A stretch of 64,000 nt of DNA, taken from the NCBI GenBank assembly GCA_045105115.1, contig JBGCDE010000054.1, positions 13,313-77,312 on the forward strand, in the 5' to 3' direction. Position 1 is the stretch's first letter. Each line of letters opens with the position of its first letter. Below, piece after piece: positions 21,443 to 30,981 of the stretch. Both the position numbers and the translations under genes were made by a program. This stretch comes from Pseudomonadales bacterium (GTDB lineage Bacteria > Pseudomonadota > Gammaproteobacteria > Pseudomonadales > JAUIET01). Under the pieces are notes generated by a model. That model was not told where the DNA came from, ran no database searches, and saw only the letters and a list, made by a program, of their open reading frames with translations.

Positions 21443-22780
21443 ATGATCAAAACTGTTTCCAAAAAATGGATTGTCTCTCTGACATCTTTTTCAATCGCAT
21501 TTTTTTTCTCAACCAGCAACCATGCTCTGGATTTAAGTCTCCAATTGGGCGGTGGTTTTCAAAACAGCGATAATATTGAACTCAATGACGAAGGAGAGCT
21601 TAGCGACGATCTTCGAGAAGCTTTTATTGGATTTCAACTTGAGGAAGACAGCCCGCTTTATTTTGTTGACTTAAACTACGTGGCTCGAATTCGAGATTAC
21701 AAAGACGATGTAGTCGAGGATGACAATCTGTTTGCTGGCCGTGCAGAGTTCACTCTGCATGCAATCGCGAATCGACTAAATTGGGAATTTCTGCACCTTA
21801 GAGCGGACCTGCTCACCAACGCAGAAGACAATGATATTCCAGATAATAGGGAAACTCGTAATGTGTACGCCACGGGTCCTGATTTTATTCTGGAACCAAG
21901 TACCGTCGATGATCTTATTCTAAGATTGCGTTATACAGAAATTGATTTCGAACAGACGGAAAATGCCAATAATGAAAGAATCAGCGGCGCCTTGGTCTGG
22001 GAGCGCGAGCTCGGTCCAGTGAGCAGATTGTCTGCTCTTGTTGGTGTTGAGGACGTTGAGTACGAACTGAGTGGCGCAGAGCAAACTTTTCTGCGGGCAA
22101 GTGCTCAGTACGAAGCTGACGTGAGGCTTGGTAATTACAGTATCCGCTTAGGGTATAACGAAGCCGAATCACTCGATGGCCGCGATGTATCTGGCTTGTT
22201 GGCAAGAGTACTGTTTGCCTATCAAATCAATGGTAACGACTTCGAGGTGCTTTATGGCAGAGAGCTTACTGATACATCGATTGGCTTAATTGAGAATAGA
22301 ACGGAAGACAGTATTATAACGGATACGTTCTCTCTGGATGACGGCACTGACAGTAACTTTGAAACGATTGATATTCTGGAGCTACAGAACCTCGATATTA
22401 CCTACCGAACGGCCAATGTGTGCCAGCGGTGTGTTTTGACGGTTAGTGGATTTATCGACAAATTTGATTTTTCGGACCAGCCCCGCGATCAAAAATTTTC
22501 CGGTATCAATACCTCACTTAGATACAATCTTACACCGCGACTAGATGCTGTTTTACAAGGAGGCTACTCAATAAACGAATTCTTACAAGAATTGCCTGAA
22601 AGAGAAGACGATACAATTTTTTATGGATTAGGGATGGACTTTCAGCCTCGAGCCAATATGCTCTTGCAGGCCAATGTTAGGATGCAGGAAAGAGAGAGTA
22701 ATATCGAAGAGTTCAACTACGAAGAAATGTCTTTTCGATTAGGCTTTACTTGGTACTTCGGAACTAACCAACCTCTCTAG
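21443..22780 (+). CDS. Predicted outer-membrane beta-barrel protein of the EPS locus
   Basis: Start moved to ATG 21443, preceded by GAGG. Signal peptide MIKTVSKKWIVSLTSFSIAFFFSTSNHA. Alternating-residue beta-strand pattern. C-terminus ...FRLGFTWYF. Confidence 0.75.
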   Translation: MIKTVSKKWIVSLTSFSIAFFFSTSNHALDLSLQLGGGFQNSDNIELNDEGELSDDLREAFIGFQLEEDSPLYFVDLNYVARIRDYKDDVVEDDNLFAGRAEFTLHAIANRLNWEFLHLRADLLTNAEDNDIPDNRETRNVYATGPDFILEPSTVDDLILRLRYTEIDFEQTENANNERISGALVWERELGPVSRLSALVGVEDVEYELSGAEQTFLRASAQYEADVRLGNYSIRLGYNEAESLDGRDVSGLLARVLFAYQINGNDFEVLYGRELTDTSIGLIENRTEDSIITDTFSLDDGTDSNFETIDILELQNLDITYRTANVCQRCVLTVSGFIDKFDFSDQPRDQKFSGINTSLRYNLTPRLDAVLQGGYSINEFLQELPEREDDTIFYGLGMDFQPRANMLLQANVRMQERESNIEEFNYEEMSFRLGFTWYFGTNQPL

Positions 22781-22825
22781 TCCATTCCGACAAAGTACAT
22801 TAAGCGTATATCAGATGGCTTGCTT

Positions 22826-24769
22826 TTATCTGGATCGATACCAAGCCTGAAACGTTAATACATTCCATAAGTGGTATTGCCAATCTCGCGTACCATCAAG
22901 ATGTTCTTGCCATAAGGTGCTGACCTTCTTGTGATCTAATAAGCCTTCTTCGCGTATGCGGTCGCTTTGCAGTAAATCTTCAGCCCAATCTCTCAGGTCA
23001 TGGCGTAGCCAATGTCCTAACGGAACACCAAACCCCATTTTGGGACGCTCAACGAGTTCTCTCGGTACATATTCGTACAGAATATCTTTCAATATGAGCT
23101 TGCCAACACCATCCGAATGTTTCCAGACGGGCGGAATTCGCCAGCTTTGTTCTACCAAACGATGGTCTAGAAAGGGGGCGCGTGTTTCCAGGCTGAGAGC
23201 CATGGCCGATCGATCAACTTTCACCAAAATATCGTCTGGTAAATAGGCATTCATATCGGCGAGCGCCATTTTATGCTGGTAGTCTGTATTCCAACCCCAG
23301 AAGGCTTGCTCGTCATAGGACGATGGCCAGTTATCCTTGTTCAGGGTAAGCGCATTATCTTGTTCGATAAATGAAATGATATGTCTATACAAAGCCTGTT
23401 CATTTGCAGAGTCCAACAATGCGGTGAGCTTGAGAAGCTTGTCATACATGCTTGACGTTCTGAGATCACCGGGCAGCATTGATTCAGTTGCTTTTGCCAG
23501 CAACTTTATTAGTTTTTGTGGGGAGTTATTAACCAACTTCGCTATTGTTCTTCTCGCACTCAAGGGCAGTTTTCTGAGTTTGGAGAAAACTCTCTCTGCC
23601 AGGAAGTAACGATGATAGCCAATGAATAGCTCATCTCCCGCGTCTCCACTGAGTGATACGGTAACGCCACTTTTGGCTACTTTGGAAACCAGATAAGTAG
23701 GTATCTGCGAAACGTCCGCAAACGGCTCATCAAATATAGCCGGCAATGACGGAATTACATCTCTAGCCTGTGTAGCGCTCAAATACAATTCTTCATGGGC
23801 GGTACCTAAATGGCTGGCAACCTGCTTCGCGTGCTCTGCTTCATTGAAGTCTTTCTCGTGAAAGCCAATTGTGAAAGTCCGCACCTGCTGAGAGCTGAGG
23901 CTTTGCATTATTCCAACCACAACACTTGAATCGACACCACCCGACAGAAAAGCCCCTAAGGGAACATCTGCACACGACTGCAACGCAATAGACTCACGCA
24001 ATTGTGCATGTATTGATGCCTTGGCCGTTTGATAGTCGGGGAATGGGTTTGCCAGACCAGCTTGTGCAACATCATAAACTGACCAATAAGTTTCTTCGCT
24101 TACTTGACACTGTTGATTGCGAATCTGGATTTTGATGAGCTTGCCTGGCAGTACTTTGTGTACACTTTCGTAAATCGAGTTAGGGGCGGTAATATAGCCA
24201 AGCTGCAGCAACTGAGTCAGTGAACGTTGATCAATAGTCGCTGACCATTCTGGGAATGCCTTTATGGCGTTAAGCTCTGACCCAAACACTACTCGCTTGT
24301 CAGTTACCTCATAATAAAGCGGCTTTTCCCCCATCCGATCTCGGACAAGATAGAGATCCTTGCTTTCGCTATCCCATATGGCTATGGCAAACATGCCTAC
24401 CAGTTTTTTCAATGTATCGTGTATGCCATACTCATCAAGGCAGGCTAGTAATACTTCTGTATCAGAACCACCCCGAAACGAATGGCCTTTGCTGATTAGC
24501 TCGCTGCGTAACGCACTGTGGTTGTATATCTCCCCATTAAAAACCGTAATGTATCTGCTGGAACTTGATGCCATAGGTTGATGGCCCGCAGGCGACAGAT
24601 CAATAATACTGAGTCGCTGGTGACACAGTCCAACACCCTGTGTTGCATCAAAATAGGTGCCGTGGTCATCGGGTCCACGATGTTCAATTGCCAAGCCCAT
24701 CTGTCCCAGTGCAGCGACAGCTGCCTGCTCAGAGAACTGTTGACTGATAAATCCTGCAATTCCACACAT
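22826..24769 (-). CDS. Asparagine synthase-type glutamine amidotransferase
   Basis: 647 aa. Ntn nucleophile MCGIAGF. PP-loop FLSGGVDSS. Confidence 0.9.
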   Translation of the reverse strand: MCGIAGFISQQFSEQAAVAALGQMGLAIEHRGPDDHGTYFDATQGVGLCHQRLSIIDLSPAGHQPMASSSSRYITVFNGEIYNHSALRSELISKGHSFRGGSDTEVLLACLDEYGIHDTLKKLVGMFAIAIWDSESKDLYLVRDRMGEKPLYYEVTDKRVVFGSELNAIKAFPEWSATIDQRSLTQLLQLGYITAPNSIYESVHKVLPGKLIKIQIRNQQCQVSEETYWSVYDVAQAGLANPFPDYQTAKASIHAQLRESIALQSCADVPLGAFLSGGVDSSVVVGIMQSLSSQQVRTFTIGFHEKDFNEAEHAKQVASHLGTAHEELYLSATQARDVIPSLPAIFDEPFADVSQIPTYLVSKVAKSGVTVSLSGDAGDELFIGYHRYFLAERVFSKLRKLPLSARRTIAKLVNNSPQKLIKLLAKATESMLPGDLRTSSMYDKLLKLTALLDSANEQALYRHIISFIEQDNALTLNKDNWPSSYDEQAFWGWNTDYQHKMALADMNAYLPDDILVKVDRSAMALSLETRAPFLDHRLVEQSWRIPPVWKHSDGVGKLILKDILYEYVPRELVERPKMGFGVPLGHWLRHDLRDWAEDLLQSDRIREEGLLDHKKVSTLWQEHLDGTRDWQYHLWNVLTFQAWYRSR

Positions 24770-24770
24770 C

Positions 24771-25973
24771 TTACGGATTCTCTGTCATGGGTTTAGACGC
24801 CCAGCTATCAATGTACTGAGTCATATTTTTATCCAGATCAAAGCGGTTCTCAAGAATTTGCTGCGCATGCTCGATGTACGCGGATTCATCGACTGCGCCA
24901 CTAAAAATACTATCAATGCACTTCGCAGCGTTCATCACGTCATGTTGCTTCACAATAAAACCACTTTTTCCGTTGTCTATCAATTCGTCAATCCCTGGGG
25001 TGTCAGTTGCAACACAAATGGTGCCCGTCAGCATTGCTTCCTTGACCACATTGGGTAAACGCTCAGCATCTAGCCAGGACATAAATAGCATTATCTGCTG
25101 CTTGCGCATTAACTCGAAAAGCTGCACATGGCTTAGATGACCAAGCAAGCTAACATGATCAGTCAGATTCAATTCGCTGATTTTTTCTTTGAGTTGTTGT
25201 TCGAAAGGACCTTCACCTGCGATCGTCAGATGTATCTCTGGCCATTGCGAGTGCAGCTTATGAATGATCTCTATGCATGCATCAAATCCCTTCTCCGGAA
25301 TCAGTCTACCAGCGCTCACTATGGAAAATTTTTGTTTGTCATCAATTTTCTTGCTAAACCTCTGTCGATCAATTCCGCGGTAAACAACTATTTGATTCGG
25401 ATTGCGAACTCCTAGCTGCTTGATTTCCTCCCGATTGACTTCGGCATGTGTAAATACGGCGTGTGCTTTGTTGGCGACGTGTCGGCTGCCAGGATACTTT
25501 AATACAAGATCATAAGAGCCAAGAAATATTGTCACTTTCGTGGTTGGCAAAAACTTCTGCACCAATGCACCCACCATGGACGGATAATGTCCCCAGAATA
25601 TGTGTACAACGTCGGTTTTTCTCTCGGCAATTTCAGTGAAAATTTCAACGGTGCGAGGAATCAGCAGAAGACTTTTCAGAACATGCGTTGGCTTCTTGAA
25701 ACCGCAGATCAGCATCCACTGCAAAAGATAGAAGTGGAGTAGCGGGTGACGTACTAATTGTATGATGCTCAGCAAAAACGTTTTGACTGACAGATGACTT
25801 ACTGACAGTGATGCAAGCCCCCAATCTGCCAGATACTGTGCTTGTTCTTTTATTGGCCAACGCAGATTACGCACATGTACGTCCGTGCCCTGAGCTACCA
25901 GTGCTCTTACATCGTTACCCGCAAATGTTTCGGAAGGGCACGGAAATTCCGTAGCGATAATATCTACTTTCAT
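24771..25973 (-). CDS. Glycosyltransferase, GT4-like (GT-B fold)
   Basis: Start moved to ATG 25973 (MKVDIIATEF). C-terminal donor-binding region RLPNVVKEAMLTGTICVATDTPGIDELI. Abuts the amidotransferase gene with a 1 nt gap. Confidence 0.8.
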   Translation of the reverse strand: MKVDIIATEFPCPSETFAGNDVRALVAQGTDVHVRNLRWPIKEQAQYLADWGLASLSVSHLSVKTFLLSIIQLVRHPLLHFYLLQWMLICGFKKPTHVLKSLLLIPRTVEIFTEIAERKTDVVHIFWGHYPSMVGALVQKFLPTTKVTIFLGSYDLVLKYPGSRHVANKAHAVFTHAEVNREEIKQLGVRNPNQIVVYRGIDRQRFSKKIDDKQKFSIVSAGRLIPEKGFDACIEIIHKLHSQWPEIHLTIAGEGPFEQQLKEKISELNLTDHVSLLGHLSHVQLFELMRKQQIMLFMSWLDAERLPNVVKEAMLTGTICVATDTPGIDELIDNGKSGFIVKQHDVMNAAKCIDSIFSGAVDESAYIEHAQQILENRFDLDKNMTQYIDSWASKPMTENP

Positions 25974-26203
25974 TGACCTGCCCCAATCAACAGGCAGGCA
26001 CATACAGGAGTATTAGAGAGGCTAATGTACATCTCTACAGTGTAGTAGATCTCTGCTTCATGGATGCTCTCTTGTTGTAATATCACCTTGCTTCGTTGTT
26101 ATGCGAGTGCGAATACACTAAGCTCAGAAAGCGTACCACTACTGTGTGTTTTTGAAGACAAGAAAGGACGTTTTTGAGCGTTTGTGCTCACGGCGACATG
26201 TGC

Positions 26204-26974
26204 ATGCATCGATACTTTATTGAAGATTCGGCTGAGAAGATTTATGCGGTTTACCAAGAGCCGGATCTGGCGGCAGACCGAAACCGCGCGGTACTTCTAG
26301 TTTATCCAGACGGACAGGAGTATATGCGCAGTCATAGACTGTATCTACAGATCGCCAAAGAATTGAGTAGAGTCGGCTTTCATGTTCTGAGATTCGATTT
26401 TTACGGAACTGGGGATTCGACCGGCGATCATGCTGATGCTTCCTTAGCCTGTTGGCAAGACAACATCAATCGCTGCGCCCAAGAGCTGATTGATATTTCG
26501 GGTACACAGAGTTTATCCATTTTTGCTGCCAGGTTGGGTGCAACAATTGCCAGCAGCGTGGCAATTTCCAGCGCGCAACTCCAGCACTTTATTGCGTTAG
26601 ACCCTGTGCTAGAACCTTCAACTCATCTGGAAGGCAAACAAGATCAGCACCGTGACATGCTGGCAGACCTTAATCGATTTCAGTTTGATAGATCAGATAC
26701 ATTGGCCAATGGTGATATTCTTGGCTACGAATATTCAGCGCAGCTATGTTCAGAGCTGCGTGGATTTACATTCAATATTCCGCAGAACGCCTATCAACAG
26801 TCCACCGCGCTACTGAGCAACCGAGAATGCAAAGCGGTAGATTTCACGGCGCATGGATTTGACCACGTGCAGAGCCTTGAGCAATCTAACTACCACTGGG
26901 ATGATCTGGCGGCTCTCGAGGTATTGTTATCACCAGGAAGGTTGCCAGCGCAAATCTCTGACATACTGACTTAA
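26204..26974 (+). CDS. Alpha/beta-hydrolase-fold protein lacking a nucleophilic serine
   Basis: Tracked ORF starts at TTG 26174. ATG 26204 (MHRYFIEDS) is preferred. Motif VLRFDFYGTGDSTGD. Elbow position reads SIFAARLGA, and there is no GxSxG anywhere. Confidence 0.7.
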   Translation: MHRYFIEDSAEKIYAVYQEPDLAADRNRAVLLVYPDGQEYMRSHRLYLQIAKELSRVGFHVLRFDFYGTGDSTGDHADASLACWQDNINRCAQELIDISGTQSLSIFAARLGATIASSVAISSAQLQHFIALDPVLEPSTHLEGKQDQHRDMLADLNRFQFDRSDTLANGDILGYEYSAQLCSELRGFTFNIPQNAYQQSTALLSNRECKAVDFTAHGFDHVQSLEQSNYHWDDLAALEVLLSPGRLPAQISDILT

Positions 26975-26992
26975 ACCGGTTTTCGTCAGATA

Positions 26993-27835
26993 CTAGCTGT
27001 CGGTTTTTTTCTGACCGTTGCTTGAGAACCAAGCAATGATATCTGCAACCAGTGTCTGCCGGTCACTGCTTAGGCAGAAGCTATGGTCAGCCAGTGAATT
27101 TATTCTAACTGTGAGGCATGTGCCAAAATCGAGGCCTGCAAAAGAATCTGACATTTGCTGTTGGTAGTTGTAATGCCCTCTGGCAGCCCCCGTAAAAATG
27201 AATAACATTTGAACGCCACGATCAATAAGCAGTTCAAGTTCAGTTTCCACTGCTAGCTTAGGAGGGAGTGTCCACTCAAATTGTGCTTGCTCACTGTTCG
27301 CAGTAATGGGGCTTTGGGAATGAGCGCGAAACGGCAAGCGGTCCCGGATGATCTTGAGTAAGCGCGGTGCGCTTGATACCGCACTTAACAGTCTTTTGGC
27401 TCGAAACTTTAGCGTTGGGTAAGCGTACCCATCGACGAAAACAGCACCACAGACGCGTGGATCGGCCACCGCAATTCGATGTGCGTTATCGGCACCTGTA
27501 CAAAGCCCAACCACAACAAATTTTTGGGCTTGAGTAAGCTTAGACAACTCATCAAACGCGCAAGCAATATCATGTATAACACTGGCTTGGTAATCACCAC
27601 TGTGATTGCTCGATTTGCTGTCGCCAATTCTAGATAGGTCAAACCGAAAAGTGCTTACGCCTTGATCAGCCAAAGCGCGTGCTATCTCTACATTCATTCG
27701 AAAAGAACCGACTTTATGCAGCAATCCAGCATTTAAAAGCACAAAAACTGGCTGCGCGGCATCAGCATCGGCGGCGGTGGTCAATACGCCACTAAGTCGA
27801 TTTTTGTCGAAGTTTATCGCTCTTTCGTTGATCAA
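26993..27835 (-). CDS. Alpha/beta-hydrolase-fold protein with a Cys at the nucleophile elbow
   Basis: 280 aa. Motif TFRFDLSRIGDSKS. Elbow VVVGLCTGADNA (Cys codon at 27500-27502). Candidate His in LADHSF. Confidence 0.7.
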   Translation of the reverse strand: MINERAINFDKNRLSGVLTTAADADAAQPVFVLLNAGLLHKVGSFRMNVEIARALADQGVSTFRFDLSRIGDSKSSNHSGDYQASVIHDIACAFDELSKLTQAQKFVVVGLCTGADNAHRIAVADPRVCGAVFVDGYAYPTLKFRAKRLLSAVSSAPRLLKIIRDRLPFRAHSQSPITANSEQAQFEWTLPPKLAVETELELLIDRGVQMLFIFTGAARGHYNYQQQMSDSFAGLDFGTCLTVRINSLADHSFCLSSDRQTLVADIIAWFSSNGQKKTDS

Positions 27836-28024
27836 AATATGTTCATTTTGAAGTTATTAATTTGATGCAGTAAAGCATAGCAGTACAAGTCTTGCTTCCC
27901 AGGTATTCGTTTTGGCATAGACCGAACTTTTCATGGCGGTATCCATGATTGGCCTATACTAAAAAGATAACTTCTTGGGTCAATGTGACGCAAGGACAAT
28001 CCTGTTGGCGCATGTGGGGCGGCT

Positions 28025-29140
28025 TTGAATAAGCGCATTAAATTACTGATCGCTAGTGATGAGATGGAAGTGGGTGGCACACAACGCCAAATCTCCCATT
28101 TTTTGAAGAATGTCGACAAGCAAATATTCGAACCACACCTGCTGTACTTCAGACAAGAATCGTATTTGCTGGATGAGCTGCGTGAAGCAGGTGTTCGGAT
28201 CATCCATATTCCAAAAAACGGTCGAATCGATCTAAAGTGTCTGTACAGTATCATTCAGCTGTTTTGGCATGAGCGCTATGACATTATTCATTGCTTCTCT
28301 CTCACAGCCGAGTTCTGGTGCGGTATTGCCAAACTCGTATCACCGAAAGCTGATTTCTATACATCCATACGCGCGCGCTACGATTGGTTTAATTTTAGGG
28401 AATGGACCCAAAAACGCTTCGTTACGCGACTATCAAAAACGGTGATTTCAAATTCATTGGCCGGTAGTGAATACGCCGTACTGAAAGACGGTGGTATGGA
28501 GTCTAAGCTCAAAACCATTTATAACGGTGTAGCCGTTGATTCTTCAGAGCTGGAAAGTGACACCAAGTCATTGCTACCAGACAAAGAGAAGGCGACAGGA
28601 CTTTTCATCGGCCGTTTGGTAGAGCAAAAAAACCTTCCATGTCTGCTTAGAGCGCTAGCGTCGATAAAGAAAACGGACACCGAGCTACAGCTAGTCATTG
28701 TTGGTTCAGGTGTTGAAGAACTGCAATTGAAGCAACTTGCTGACGAATTTGAACTGGGCGATATGGTCGTTTGGATGGGCGAGCGAAAAGAAGCGCAAGC
28801 TCTTATTCGCTACGCTGATTTTGTTGTATTGCCTTCGCACAGCGAGGGCATATCCAATGCGCTGCTTGAAACGATGTTGAATGGCCGAGTCATTATTGCT
28901 TCGGATATCAAGGGTAATGCAGAGATTATTGAACACGGCAGAAATGGTTTTCTCTTCCCGCCTGACAATTGTGATGCCCTGGCAAAAATCATTCAGCAGG
29001 TAATTTCAGATCGGGATTTGCTGGACGATGTTGCAAAAGCAGGTCAACAAGACGCGGAAACCTACTTCAGTGTTGATGTTATGACCAAGAAGTTTACAGA
29101 ATTGTATTTAGCAGAAAGAGTAACGGAGAGTCAGATTTGA
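28025..29140 (+). CDS. Glycosyltransferase, GT4-like
   Basis: 371 aa (TTG start). Motif LPSHSEGISNALLETMLNGRVIIASDIKGNAEII. Confidence 0.85.
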   Translation: MNKRIKLLIASDEMEVGGTQRQISHFLKNVDKQIFEPHLLYFRQESYLLDELREAGVRIIHIPKNGRIDLKCLYSIIQLFWHERYDIIHCFSLTAEFWCGIAKLVSPKADFYTSIRARYDWFNFREWTQKRFVTRLSKTVISNSLAGSEYAVLKDGGMESKLKTIYNGVAVDSSELESDTKSLLPDKEKATGLFIGRLVEQKNLPCLLRALASIKKTDTELQLVIVGSGVEELQLKQLADEFELGDMVVWMGERKEAQALIRYADFVVLPSHSEGISNALLETMLNGRVIIASDIKGNAEIIEHGRNGFLFPPDNCDALAKIIQQVISDRDLLDDVAKAGQQDAETYFSVDVMTKKFTELYLAERVTESQI

Positions 29141-30981
29141 GTATGCAACTTAACCCTCAAATCGGCGATTTCGCTGTTCTTATGTCAAAAGGTTCACTAG
29201 CCAGAGATAAGACTGCGGAGGATCTGCGTTGGCCTCACATCTACGAAAAAACTGATTTACGGTGTGAAAATATTTCTCGCTCAGACGCTCTGCGCATTTT
29301 CACGGCAGGTGGTACTCGCACAACGGAAGATCAGTCCTGGGTTGCTTGCGGGGCGTATCACGCGCCTTCGCTTAGCGAGAGTGCCGACTTTCATAATTGG
29401 CTTTGCACAGCATTAGCGAATAATCAGAGCCCTTTGGAGCGAAGCTACAAAGGCAAGTTTTGTTCGGTTGTCTGTAATCCAGAGCAACACCTATTAGTCG
29501 CATGCACCGATTACATGCGAACTATGCCGTTGTATTACGCCGAGTTGGATCAAGGCATTGCGGTGGGTACTGATATTCGATTGCTCGCTAGCCTCATCAA
29601 TGCCGACGAAATAGATGAAAATGCAATCTATCACTATCTCAACTTCGCTTGTATTCCAACCCCGCATACCATTTTTCGTTCGATCAAGAAAATCCCAACT
29701 GGCTCTCAGCTGACTTTCTCAAATGGAAAATTATCGATTGAGCGATACTGGAAACCAGAGTATCGCGGTACTGGTCCTCAAGACGAGGTATTAGCAACTG
29801 AACAACTGCATGACACTATTTGCCAGTCAATTAGCAGTAATGCCCCCGTCGAAGGTGAAGACTGGGGCGCATTCCTTAGCGGCGGTAATGATAGCTCGAC
29901 GATATGTGGCGTATTGGCAGCCTCTAATACAGACCAGCAGTTAAAGACCTTCTCAATCGGATTCTCTGAGCCTGGTTACGACGAGTTGCCGTATGCACGA
30001 ATCGCATCGCAAGCCTTCGGCACACAAAGCCATGAGTTGACTGTGTCTGCAGACGATACTTTCGATGTTATACCTAAGCTAGTTGCCATTTACGACGAGC
30101 CATTCGGCAACTCGTCCGCGATACCGACCTACTTCTGCTCAGAGTTAGCCGCTAGCAACGGCGTTAATACCCTAATAGCGGGTGATGGAGGGGATGAAAT
30201 TTTTGGTGGAAACGAGCGTTACGCCAAAGATTCTATATTTCAGCGCTTCTACTCCTTACCAGGCGCCATAAAATACCCAATGCAGTTGTTGGCACAGGGC
30301 TTGTCGGGTGTCGATTCTAGATTTCTAAATCGCTATAAGAACTTTGTAAGAAGAGCATCGCTGGCAAATCCTGAGCGATTCTATACAGACGATTCGTTTG
30401 CATCCGATCATTTCGACACTCTGCTGACGCCCGAGTTTGCTGCGCGAGTGAACCGAGAGTCGTCACTGGCAATTGTAGATGGACATTACCAGTCTTGTGA
30501 TTCTCAGGCCGAACTTGATCGGCTAATGTTTATTGATCTCCAAATGGCCATTGCTGACAATGATCTATCCAAAGTAAATCGAACAGCAAAAGCATCCGGT
30601 GTTTCTGTTCTCTATCCTTACTTAAGTAGAGAAATCGTTGATTTTACTGCGACGCTATCACCACATTTCAAAGTGCGCGGCACAGACAAGCGCTATTTGT
30701 TTAAACAGGCCGTAGAGAAAATACTACCGCTGGAGATTAGACAGAAGCGTAAGCAAGGCTTTGGCCTACCGGTCGCGGTCTGGTTTCGCGAGAACGAGAA
30801 ATTCAAGAATTTGACTCGAGAAATCGTTCTCTCTCAACGCGCAATGGAAAGAGGTATATTCAATACCAGTGAGCTTCAAAATATTGTTGATCGACATCAA
30901 AAAGGTCATTGGGATTACAGTGAGAAAATCTGGAAACTGTTGATTCTGGAACTCTGGCTCAGGGACAATGTTGATGCCTAG
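29137..30981 (+). CDS. Asparagine synthase-like protein without the N-terminal catalytic Cys
   Basis: 614 aa. PP-loop FLSGGNDSS is present. The N-terminus MSMQLNPQIGDFAVL has no Cys2. Overlaps the upstream GT gene by 4 nt. Confidence 0.85.
   Translation: MSMQLNPQIGDFAVLMSKGSLARDKTAEDLRWPHIYEKTDLRCENISRSDALRIFTAGGTRTTEDQSWVACGAYHAPSLSESADFHNWLCTALANNQSPLERSYKGKFCSVVCNPEQHLLVACTDYMRTMPLYYAELDQGIAVGTDIRLLASLINADEIDENAIYHYLNFACIPTPHTIFRSIKKIPTGSQLTFSNGKLSIERYWKPEYRGTGPQDEVLATEQLHDTICQSISSNAPVEGEDWGAFLSGGNDSSTICGVLAASNTDQQLKTFSIGFSEPGYDELPYARIASQAFGTQSHELTVSADDTFDVIPKLVAIYDEPFGNSSAIPTYFCSELAASNGVNTLIAGDGGDEIFGGNERYAKDSIFQRFYSLPGAIKYPMQLLAQGLSGVDSRFLNRYKNFVRRASLANPERFYTDDSFASDHFDTLLTPEFAARVNRESSLAIVDGHYQSCDSQAELDRLMFIDLQMAIADNDLSKVNRTAKASGVSVLYPYLSREIVDFTATLSPHFKVRGTDKRYLFKQAVEKILPLEIRQKRKQGFGLPVAVWFRENEKFKNLTREIVLSQRAMERGIFNTSELQNIVDRHQKGHWDYSEKIWKLLILELWLRDNVDA

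Noticed and set aside
26061-26076. Sigma54-like candidates: TGGATGCTCTCTTGTT (26061-26076), TGGCGCATGTGGGGC (28006-28020), TGGAGCTGTCACTTGC (41951-41966), and the minus-strand GG-N10-GC at 41873-41886.
   Set aside because: The first has GT instead of the near-invariant GC at -12. The second sits 5 nt before the start codon it would have to serve. The third has 11 nt rather than 10 nt between GG and GC. The fourth has poor flanking bases.
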